Both the position numbers and the translations under genes were made by a program. Positions 18,689-26,371 of a DNA stretch of 64,000 nucleotides are shown piece after piece. The stretch covers positions 6,557 to 70,556 of the forward strand of contig DVOM01000018.1 in assembly GCA_018713605.1 (NCBI GenBank). The letters run 5' to 3'. The notes under the pieces were generated by a model. The model searched no databases. It was not told where the DNA came from and worked only from the letters and a program-made list of their open reading frames with translations. The stretch is from Candidatus Scatocola faecigallinarum (GTDB lineage: Bacteria > Pseudomonadota > Alphaproteobacteria > RF32 > CAG-239). Every line of letters begins with the position of its first letter. Positions within the stretch are counted from its first letter, which is position 1.

Positions 18689-19304
18689 AATAAAACTTTC
18701 CTTCAAACCAGGGTAAGAAAATTTTTTTATGCAGGCGCAGAAAATTGTTTTCAATCTGCATGTCGATAATCCGATGAATGCCGGCATGATGCGGCCGGGT
18801 CTGAATCAGGCTGAAATTGTCGAAATCGAGACTGCCGCCGAAGTCGGCAGGAACTTTGAGATGAATGTTGTAGTTTTCCGGAGCGAAGCCTTCGCGCAGG
18901 CAGGCGATATCATTGTCGTTGAGGCCTGCGTAACGGCAGTCTTCGGCATCGGCATAGCCGATCAGTTTGAAAAAGCGGCTGCGCAGGTTATGATAACGGT
19001 CAAAAGAGCGGTTCATTTCCTGCCAGGATTGCGGCGCATATTCCTTTTCAATAATCCGGGTAGAGGCGGGCAGGCCGAATTCGGCAATTTTTTGCCTTAC
19101 CGTTTCGTACAAAGCTTCGGGGTCGGGGGCGGTTATTCTTTCGTCAACGGGCGTTTCGGCAATTTGAATGTCGCGAATGCGGCTCTGATAAGCCGAATAG
19201 CCGCTGCCGATGAGATCGTTGTATGCGGCGAGCAGGGATGCGGCGTTACGGTCCGTTTTTTCCGGGGGCTTTTTTTTGACTGTCCGGTTTGACCATTCCC
19301 ACAT
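18681..19304 (-). CDS. HNH/beta-beta-alpha-Me nuclease-like protein (toxin candidate), 207 aa
   Basis: Core NIHLKVPADFGGSLDFDNFSLIQTRPHHAGIH fits the pattern His - GG turn - N-hydrophobic-x-L-I - H-x3-H. It is a paralog of the core of ORF 37343-39184. Starts 23 nt after the virD4 stop. Confidence 0.55.
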   Translation of the reverse strand: MWEWSNRTVKKKPPEKTDRNAASLLAAYNDLIGSGYSAYQSRIRDIQIAETPVDERITAPDPEALYETVRQKIAEFGLPASTRIIEKEYAPQSWQEMNRSFDRYHNLRSRFFKLIGYADAEDCRYAGLNDNDIACLREGFAPENYNIHLKVPADFGGSLDFDNFSLIQTRPHHAGIHRIIDMQIENNFLRLHKKIFLPWFEGKFYYD

Positions 19305-19327
19305 CGCATTGCTCCCGTGCTGCAGTT

Positions 19328-21544
19328 TTATCCGTTGTCGCTTTCGTCGTCGTCGAACTCGTCGTCGCCGTCGTCGGCTTCAGGATCATAATCGATGCCT
19401 AGTTTGGCCAGCATGTCTTCGTTGATGTCTTCGCGCTGAGCGACAATCCAATCAGGAACGTACGGAGACGGCGGAAGCGCCGCCAGTTTTTTCATGGTCG
19501 AGTCAAGATACCAGCGCGGAGAATCGGCCATAATCGGCCGGTCGATGAAACCCTGCATCAGGACAACCTGTTTCAGCATCGGCAGGCTCAGCAGCTGGGT
19601 CGTACTGATGACCGAAGTACCCTGCAGCTGATAAGACACGTTTTTGGCGAACGGGTTGGAACCTTTGCCCAGGCCGCCTTCGTTTTTGGAATAGGAGGTG
19701 GTCTGCACGGTTTTGTTGCCGATCATTTTGGAAAAACGCTGGGCGGTTTGTTCGTTGTTCTGCGACAGAATGATTTTGCATGCGGTTGTGGAAATAACCG
19801 TTTCAAGGTCGTCCTTGCCGTATTTTCCCGAAATCTGACCGAGGTCCTGTCCGATAAGCAGATAAGAAACCTTTTGTCCGCGGCCGACCGCCGGGCCGTC
19901 AATAATCGCTTTCAGTTTCGGCATTTGCGGAAACTCGTCAAGGACGAACAGGCATGGGAAAGGCCCCATTTGTCCGTCGGTTTTGTTGACGAACTTCGGC
20001 GGGTTGGCAATCAGATAAGAAGACATAAGTTCAATAAATGTGCCGCTGATGACGCCCAGAGCGCGCGCGTCAACCTGGTTGACCGAAAGATATACCGAAA
20101 TCGGTTTCCATTCGCCGGTAATCGGATCTTTCATGCCGCGCAGGTCTTTAAATTGCAAATCGGAGAAGCTTGTTCTGGACACAACCGCCGAGTTCTTGAA
20201 AATGCCGATGCCGGCAAAACCGGTGGACAATACCGAACCGCGCTCTTTGTCCGGCATGGACGAAAGCTGGCTCAGCTCCGTGATGCAGCGCGGCGAATAG
20301 CCGAAGCGACGGGCTTCGTCGACGGCTTCTTCCAGCATGGTGCGCATCGGGTCGGACATGGCGGCCATCTGGTCGCCTTCTTCAATACGGCGTTTGATGT
20401 CCTGCGCCTGCTTAATCTGAGCTTCGGTAATCCATTCCAGAATCATCGCCAGACAGGATTCATGGCCAATCCATTTTTCCGGGAGCAGCTGCCAGGTGCC
20501 GATCGGCAGGTAGTTGTCGATGGTAATGTTATTGTTGCGCAGGTTCTGAATGGCGCGCGCCGACATCGGGTCGCGCATGTCCAGATAATAGCCTTCAAGG
20601 ACGCGTTTGTCCTCTTCGTCAAGCTTGCCTTCGTAAATGCGGCCGATGAAGTAGTCGTTGGCGCGGGCGCGCTCGCATTTGGAAGCAATAAAGTGAATGA
20701 AGCCGGTCAGTGCGGCACGGCCGGTTTTTGACCAGTGCGGGTCGGCGCCGCCTTTGGGGTCTTCGACCAGAATATTGCACATTGAGTCGACATACATGTC
20801 GCGATCCGGGCCGGGGGCGGGCAGAGCGTTCGGCGACAGCGGATTCCAGCTCGGGTAGTAAATTCCCTCGGCCGGGTTGTCTTCCGCGCCCCAGTTGATG
20901 ACAAAAACGGGACCGTCTTTGGCGCGGGCGCCGGTGGTGGAATAGCACAGTTCCGGTTTCGGGTCGTTGACAACGATGCTCAGGCCGTGCGAGTTGAAAA
21001 TGGTCGGAATGACCACGCCGACGGTTTTACCGGTGCCCGGAGGCGCGCAGCAAAGCGTGGAGAGGGTTTCCTTCAGCATCAGCAGCCGTCCTTTGTATTT
21101 GCCGACAACCATGCAGAAACCGTCAAACAGTCCCATTTTTTTGATGTCTTTATATTCGGCGATGCGGGCCGAACCGTGAATGTTGGACTGGAAACGGTAA
21201 GGATTGGTTACCGCACCGATGATCAGGCCGGCAGGCAGGGCGACAATCGGCAGAATCGGAAGCCAGAGGCTGACCGAAAAGCTGCCGTGATATGCCGAAA
21301 GCTGACGGAACCAGTTCCAGTAGCGGGAAAACAGATATGACGGGTTGTCGAAAACGGTGGAGACGAATTTGCCGACGTCATTCAGCGAATCTTTGGAAAT
21401 GCCCGAACCGATGAGATAGCCGAGCGGCATTGAAACAACCGCGAGTATGATGGTTACGATAAGGGTAATAACGACGGTCATTACCATCCACTGGACGGCG
21501 TGGTCGTATTCTTCCCATTCTTCTCCTCTTGATTTCAGAGCCAT
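19328..21544 (-). CDS. virD4: Type IV secretion coupling protein (VirD4/TraG family)
   Basis: Two N-terminal TM helices, Walker A CCAPPGTGKTVGVVIPT, Walker B CLFVLDEFPQMPKL, and LLIGQDLGQISGKYG. Unusual acidic tail PEADDGDDEFDDDESDNG. Confidence 0.9.
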   Translation of the reverse strand: MALKSRGEEWEEYDHAVQWMVMTVVITLIVTIILAVVSMPLGYLIGSGISKDSLNDVGKFVSTVFDNPSYLFSRYWNWFRQLSAYHGSFSVSLWLPILPIVALPAGLIIGAVTNPYRFQSNIHGSARIAEYKDIKKMGLFDGFCMVVGKYKGRLLMLKETLSTLCCAPPGTGKTVGVVIPTIFNSHGLSIVVNDPKPELCYSTTGARAKDGPVFVINWGAEDNPAEGIYYPSWNPLSPNALPAPGPDRDMYVDSMCNILVEDPKGGADPHWSKTGRAALTGFIHFIASKCERARANDYFIGRIYEGKLDEEDKRVLEGYYLDMRDPMSARAIQNLRNNNITIDNYLPIGTWQLLPEKWIGHESCLAMILEWITEAQIKQAQDIKRRIEEGDQMAAMSDPMRTMLEEAVDEARRFGYSPRCITELSQLSSMPDKERGSVLSTGFAGIGIFKNSAVVSRTSFSDLQFKDLRGMKDPITGEWKPISVYLSVNQVDARALGVISGTFIELMSSYLIANPPKFVNKTDGQMGPFPCLFVLDEFPQMPKLKAIIDGPAVGRGQKVSYLLIGQDLGQISGKYGKDDLETVISTTACKIILSQNNEQTAQRFSKMIGNKTVQTTSYSKNEGGLGKGSNPFAKNVSYQLQGTSVISTTQLLSLPMLKQVVLMQGFIDRPIMADSPRWYLDSTMKKLAALPPSPYVPDWIVAQREDINEDMLAKLGIDYDPEADDGDDEFDDDESDNG

Positions 21545-21571
21545 TGTTTTGCTTTTACACCTGTATTGTTG

Positions 21572-22834
21572 TTATGCTATGCTGCGAACGAGTTTTTTGA
21601 CCTTTTCAAATTTGTCTTTGTCAATATGCCCGCCGGCCTCTTCCAGCGTTTTGGAGAACAATTTTAGTTCCTTGGGTGTGCCCCTGTCAATCCTGGTAAC
21701 TGAAATATTCATTTCGTCCCAGGTTTCAAACATGTCTTCGGCATTGATAATATTGCCTATTTGAACAACGACGAAAGCCCTTATTTCAAAATTCATGTCG
21801 GACTCGGCCAGTTTTTCGGAAAGAATCTTGCGGGCAAGGTCAACTTTACGTACCGGCGAAATACGGTGGCTGCTTTCCGAAAACCACAGCGGTTCTTCGT
21901 CATTGAAACGTTCTTCGTCGGCCAGCCAATCGCCGGGTTCCTTATCGAGCAGACAGAGGTTTATCTGTTTGTCTGAGACGCCGATAAAGTCGATGACGCT
22001 GTTTTTGACGGTGGCGGCGGTGATGACTTCATAACCTTTTTGTTTCAGAACGTCGAGGGTGGAGTTTCCTGCCGGGCGGGGTTGTGCGGGAGACGGGGCA
22101 TCATTGCGCTGGGCGTTGTTTTTTTTGTCTTTGCTGTTTTTGCTTTTGGCCGGCGCCGGTTTGGGCGTTTCTTTCGGTTCCTCTTTGGGGGCTTCTGCGG
22201 GTTTGGCGTCGCTGAATTTTTTGTCGAACGAATCAAAGTCGAAATCAAAATCGTCATCCGTATCTTCGTCAAATTTAAACAACGAATGGTCAAATGTCGG
22301 GGAAACGGCCGGTTCCTCTTTTTTGGCGGCGGGTTTGGCCGGTGCTGCGGGTTTGGCCGAAGCGCTCAGTACGCCGGGACGAACCGGATCGCTGTAGTCG
22401 GTAATCGGAGCGCGGGTTCCGCGCGGGCGGATTTCCTTATAGGATTTTTTCTTCTTGACGACGGGGACGCCTGCGGTTTTGGCAATAATCTTGACCGGTT
22501 TATAGAAAAGGCTGCGAAAGGCGCGCATGGGAAAAAGAATGACGTTTAAGAATATTTTTCCCCACGGAATCAGGCTCAAAGCGGCCCAGCTGGTCAGCCA
22601 CAGCGGAATGAACGTAAGAATGATGAGCACAAACGCCCATTCTTTCGGATCGTCGATAACCCATCCGTCGTTCCATTTTTCCCAGGCATAGTTCCAATGT
22701 GCGGCATTAAAAATGTCAAAGCGCCAGTTGCGGAGCATAACAACCCTTATGCCTTCCAGGAAAAAGATACTCCAGAAGCATCCGACAAAAATGATTCTTG
22801 TTAAGATGAATAAGGGTTTCAAACTGTTCTCCAC
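21572..22834 (-). CDS. Hypothetical membrane protein: Trp-rich N-terminal module, Pro/Ala/Lys-rich and acidic linker, globular C-terminal domain
   Basis: 420-aa ORF ending 27 nt upstream of virD4. Its N-terminal roughly 110 aa are paralogous to ORF 22947-23441. Linker: AKPAAPAKPAAKKEE...FDEDTDDDFDFDFDSFD...KPAPAKSK. The C-terminal domain shows a NERD/PD-(D/E)xK-like pattern, VIDFIGVSDKQINLCLLDKEPGDW. Confidence 0.75.
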   Translation of the reverse strand: MENSLKPLFILTRIIFVGCFWSIFFLEGIRVVMLRNWRFDIFNAAHWNYAWEKWNDGWVIDDPKEWAFVLIILTFIPLWLTSWAALSLIPWGKIFLNVILFPMRAFRSLFYKPVKIIAKTAGVPVVKKKKSYKEIRPRGTRAPITDYSDPVRPGVLSASAKPAAPAKPAAKKEEPAVSPTFDHSLFKFDEDTDDDFDFDFDSFDKKFSDAKPAEAPKEEPKETPKPAPAKSKNSKDKKNNAQRNDAPSPAQPRPAGNSTLDVLKQKGYEVITAATVKNSVIDFIGVSDKQINLCLLDKEPGDWLADEERFNDEEPLWFSESSHRISPVRKVDLARKILSEKLAESDMNFEIRAFVVVQIGNIINAEDMFETWDEMNISVTRIDRGTPKELKLFSKTLEEAGGHIDKDKFEKVKKLVRSIA

Positions 22835-22946
22835 ATTTCCTGTTTTTCCGTCCCGCGGGCGGATTCTTCACCTTTATGACAGAGTATACTCTGAAATTGG
22901 TTAAAAAGTGTTTAGTAAATTGTTAACGCAACATTCTGTTCTGCCG

Positions 22947-23441
22947 CTATTTCTTTTCGGAGGCGGATATTTTCTCCTGAATCGAACGACGGATTTTTCC
23001 GGTTTCCTTTTCCCGGGGTTTGGCGCTTTCTTTCAAACGCTGTTCAATAATTTCTTCCATATTGGGTTTGCTTTTGGCTGCGCCCATGTTTTTAAGAATG
23101 ATACGCGGCGTGTTTTCGCCGTATTTTCTGATCATACGGTTGTTATACCAGGTAATCGGAAAGAGCAGGATTTTGACAAAGCTGAGACGGTAGAAAAAGC
23201 GCCAGCCCCAGAACCACAGCGGAATAAGCGCCAGCAGCATGCCGACAAAAAGGTAGTCCCTGCCGGTTTTGATTTTGCCGCCGCTTTCCCAGAAAGTGTT
23301 GATAACCTGCCAGTCGCGCATGTTCAGAATATCAAAGTTCCATATTGAAATCATTATTATCCGGGCTGCATAGACGAAGACGACGGTCCAGACGGCTCCG
23401 ACGATTGCGGCTTTGAGTATTTTAAATAATTTTCTTATCAT
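22947..23441 (-). CDS. Hypothetical small membrane protein, paralog of the N-terminal module of ORF 21572-22834
   Basis: RIIMISIWNFDILNMRDWQVINTFWE...LIPLWFWGW...LLFPITW aligns with RVVMLRNWRFDIFNAAHWNYAWEKW...FIPLWLTSW...ILFPMRA. ATGA overlap with the upstream ORF. Confidence 0.75.
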   Translation of the reverse strand: MIRKLFKILKAAIVGAVWTVVFVYAARIIMISIWNFDILNMRDWQVINTFWESGGKIKTGRDYLFVGMLLALIPLWFWGWRFFYRLSFVKILLFPITWYNNRMIRKYGENTPRIILKNMGAAKSKPNMEEIIEQRLKESAKPREKETGKIRRSIQEKISASEKK

Positions 23442-24934
23442 CTGCCTTCAGTTCCTATGCGCCCCAAAGCGGCGACGCCGGAGAGCGAGTCTGCCATGCG
23501 CTGATTGCGTTCGATGTTTTCAACCTGATGCCTTTTGTCTTTGTATATTTTGGTAAAGGTATCAATGTTTTCGTCGGTAAGGCCAAGTTTCTGTTTGAGC
23601 AGGGCGACGCGGTCGCGGCGCTCGTTGTTCTGGTCTTTCTGAACAAGGTTTGCGGCAAAGGCGCGATTGACTTCTTCCATGGAAGCGCTGCTGCCTTTGT
23701 CAAAGTCCATATCGGCAACGGCGGCTTCGTAGAGACCGCGTTTCTGTCCGGGTTCCGGCGTCGCGACCTTTTTCAGTTCGTCACTCAGAGCTACGACTTC
23801 CACGGCCAAATCGCCGCGCGGCTTTTTGTCCCGTTCGGTAAACTTGCGTTTGCTCATGGTTTTCTGCGCTTCTTTAACGGCGCTCTGAGAACTGTTAAAC
23901 AGTTTGGCGGCAAGTTTTGCCGGATTGCCGCCGTTGGCTGCCTCCATATCCATCCGGCGGGCAAAAAGCTGCATGGCGTGGGCTTTTTGTTTGTCAAACT
24001 CTGCCTTAAGGTCTTTGCCCTGATAATAGTCTTTATCTTTGGCTAAGTCGAGCGTCATGCCGGCGCGGGCATAGTTGGAGGCGAATTGCTCGGCGATGGC
24101 CATGTTTTCGTAAAAGTTTTTAATACCCTGTTCGGCAACTTTGAAAAACTGCTGTTTTTCTTTTTCATCCATATTGGCGAGCAGAACTTTGGTCGAATCC
24201 GAAACTTTGGCTTCGTTGAGTTTGCCTTCCTTAATCAGTTTCAGATTCTTGAGCTGTTCTTCCTGATGTTTGTCGATCAAATCGGAATTGGCCTGTCCGG
24301 AAGAAAGGGCATGGTCTTCTATCTGGTTGTAGCGGGTCTCGGTTTCATAGGTTTTGCCTTTTTCAATCTGTTTTTCGCGCATTCTTTCCAGCATTTTGCG
24401 CTGTGCCCAGTAATAGCCTTTGTCAAGTTTGGCCGCAGTTTTGGTCCAGAGCCAGTTGGCACCTTCCAGCAGCCAGTCCTCGTACATATATTTGATAACG
24501 TCTTTTTCCTTAAACGGACCTTTTTTCTCCGGATCGGGATCTTGGTTTTCGTCACCGTCCTTGGAACCGGCGTCGGCAATTTTTTTGTCGCCTTTTTTAT
24601 TCTGATCTTCTTTGGCTTTGTTGTAGACGGCCTGTTCGTCGACAGAGAGCAATCCGCGTTTGTTCTTTTCTTCCAGAATGTTCAGGTAATCCTGCTGTTC
24701 GCTGACGGAAAGCGTATCGTAAGTCGGCGTTTCGTTAACGTTGGCCGTGTTTTCCGGACCGTTGTTTTCACTGACCTGAGCGATTGGTTCGGCGGTATTG
24801 GCATTTTCCCGGGCAACGGGTTTGATTTCGGAAACCGTCGCGGTCGGTTCCGGACGGGGAGCCGGTGCAGGTTGCGGCGCGTCCGTGCGGGGCGTCTGCT
24901 GCGGTGTCGGGTTGGTGTTCTGGTTGTCTGCCAT
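23438..24934 (-). CDS. Hypothetical soluble protein: Pro/Thr/Asn-rich N-terminus followed by long charged helical (coiled-coil-like) regions
   Basis: 498-aa ORF with no TM helices, preceded by an AT-rich spacer (24935-25022). I recognise no family. Confidence 0.7.
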   Translation of the reverse strand: MADNQNTNPTPQQTPRTDAPQPAPAPRPEPTATVSEIKPVARENANTAEPIAQVSENNGPENTANVNETPTYDTLSVSEQQDYLNILEEKNKRGLLSVDEQAVYNKAKEDQNKKGDKKIADAGSKDGDENQDPDPEKKGPFKEKDVIKYMYEDWLLEGANWLWTKTAAKLDKGYYWAQRKMLERMREKQIEKGKTYETETRYNQIEDHALSSGQANSDLIDKHQEEQLKNLKLIKEGKLNEAKVSDSTKVLLANMDEKEKQQFFKVAEQGIKNFYENMAIAEQFASNYARAGMTLDLAKDKDYYQGKDLKAEFDKQKAHAMQLFARRMDMEAANGGNPAKLAAKLFNSSQSAVKEAQKTMSKRKFTERDKKPRGDLAVEVVALSDELKKVATPEPGQKRGLYEAAVADMDFDKGSSASMEEVNRAFAANLVQKDQNNERRDRVALLKQKLGLTDENIDTFTKIYKDKRHQVENIERNQRMADSLSGVAALGRIGTEGR

Positions 24935-25022
24935 TATTTTTGTCCTGTCAGTCTTTTAATTGTTTATATTCTAGCACTAAAATTCTTTTTTGTCTATATT
25001 TATTATATTTTCGCTAAAAGGT

Positions 25023-25994
25023 TTATGCCTTTATTTTCTTAAGGTAGCAGCCAAGTTCACGATTGACGCGGATACCGTCCTGCGGCGTCGGCTTTATCAG
25101 GCCGAAAAAACGGGGCTGAAGCTTGGACGTGTCAATCGGGGCGTAGACCGCGGGGTTGTTAATCAGCACCTGATAGGCGCCGTCAGGATCTTTCTGAGCC
25201 GTTTTGAAATAGTTGTTGACGAGCCGCTCGGCGTCGACGGGGAACTTTTTCTTCCGTATAGCCTCAATGTACCGTTGCTTGCGCTCAATGCGGCGTTGGT
25301 GTTCTTCGTAAATTTCACGTTCTATTTTGCGGCGTTTGGCCTTCAGACGGCGTTCTTCCAGAGCGATTTCGCAGCCTTCCATTTCAATCAGGATTTCCAC
25401 ATAGGAGATGACTGCCAGCTGGAGAATTTCATCTTCGCAGTGTTCGGCAAAGTCGAGCAGTTCTTCATCGGAGGCTTCGGGATTAAGGCCGGCCAGTACC
25501 GGGCCGTGAACCTTGAACATAATTTCCCAGCCCTTGACGGCGTCATCGGCGATCTGCGAACCTGTCCGATATTTGTAATGCGGCGAAAGAAGCGAAGCGT
25601 CGACGCGAAAGTCGGGCGCTTCGGCGTCATTCATTCCGGCCATCATAACGATGGCGTTGCTAAAGTTTTTGTAAGCTTCAAACAGGGCTTTTTCGCCCTC
25701 GTCAAGAACCGGTCCCGCGTTTTTGGGTGCCGCGGCCGGAGCGGCTGCGGGCGCAGGTGCCGGCGGTTCTTCCGTTTTTTCTTCAAGGCCGGTATCAACG
25801 TCTTCCAGTTCGGAACTGATGAATTGGTTTAACAGCCGTTCAAACTCGTCGTCTTCGGCAACTTGGTCGTCATAAGACTTTGTTTCTGCCGGCAGGACGA
25901 TATCTTCTTCGGGCGTTTCAACGGCGGGGCTGACCGGCGCGTTTTGCGGTTTCTTTTTGAACACTTTGATTTTCTTGGGGCTGTTTTCGCTCAT
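25023..25994 (-). CDS. Hypothetical protein with acidic N-terminus, a PAPAPAAAPAAAP linker and a helical C-terminal half
   Basis: 323-aa ORF, 9 nt downstream of ORF 26004-26285. I recognise no family. Confidence 0.7.
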   Translation of the reverse strand: MSENSPKKIKVFKKKPQNAPVSPAVETPEEDIVLPAETKSYDDQVAEDDEFERLLNQFISSELEDVDTGLEEKTEEPPAPAPAAAPAAAPKNAGPVLDEGEKALFEAYKNFSNAIVMMAGMNDAEAPDFRVDASLLSPHYKYRTGSQIADDAVKGWEIMFKVHGPVLAGLNPEASDEELLDFAEHCEDEILQLAVISYVEILIEMEGCEIALEERRLKAKRRKIEREIYEEHQRRIERKQRYIEAIRKKKFPVDAERLVNNYFKTAQKDPDGAYQVLINNPAVYAPIDTSKLQPRFFGLIKPTPQDGIRVNRELGCYLKKIKA

Positions 25995-26003
25995 TTTTAA
26001 CCT

Positions 26004-26285
26004 CTAATCAACGCGGATGGTGGAAATTTTGCGTCCGGACGCCGTATCAAGAATGATGATGCGGTCGCCTTTGCCGCCGTCGGAAATGCCGATATACAAC
26101 AGGTTGTCCCTGATTTGGATTTTCTGCAACGTGCTGCCGGCCGGTTCGCCGAGGCTGATTTCTTCCGGCAGACGCGGCGCGGAATGCGTTTTTTTTAATA
26201 AGGTTCCGAGCAGCATGAGACTGCCGAAGACCAGCAGGAAAGTAAGTATGAAAACGACGGTTTTAACCAGCTTTAATTTGTCCAT
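26004..26285 (-). CDS. Small membrane-anchored protein (one TM plus a beta-rich ectodomain)
   Basis: 93 aa. TM helix VVFILTFLLVFGSLMLLGTLL, followed by LLYIGISDGGKGDRIIILDTASGRKISTIRV. Divergent from rluD. Confidence 0.65.
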   Translation of the reverse strand: MDKLKLVKTVVFILTFLLVFGSLMLLGTLLKKTHSAPRLPEEISLGEPAGSTLQKIQIRDNLLYIGISDGGKGDRIIILDTASGRKISTIRVD

Positions 26286-26371
26286 GCGAATCTATCCTTG
26301 CCAAATTGCCTTTATCCATATATGTTAGCAGCTATTGGTAACTATATCGTAAATTTTTTGTTTGCGCAAAT

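Noticed and set aside
19255-19275. A8/C5 homopolymer run (CAAAAAAAAGCCCCC on the coding strand) near the 5' end of the virD4-linked HNH-like gene, as a phase-variation switch
   Set aside because: It encodes KKKPP in frame. The tract is short for slipped-strand switching, and there is no population data. It is noted but not supportable.
21572-26285. Assigning the five orphan proteins to VirB/Dot/Icm components (for example the Pro-rich 420-aa protein as VirB10/TonB-like or DotM-like, or the 93-aa protein as VirB3/VirB7)
   Set aside because: Only the gross architecture is reminiscent (TM plus Pro-rich linker). I found no VirB10 C-terminal barrel motifs, no lipobox and no VirB8-like domain. These assignments are left as hypotheses to test and are not called.
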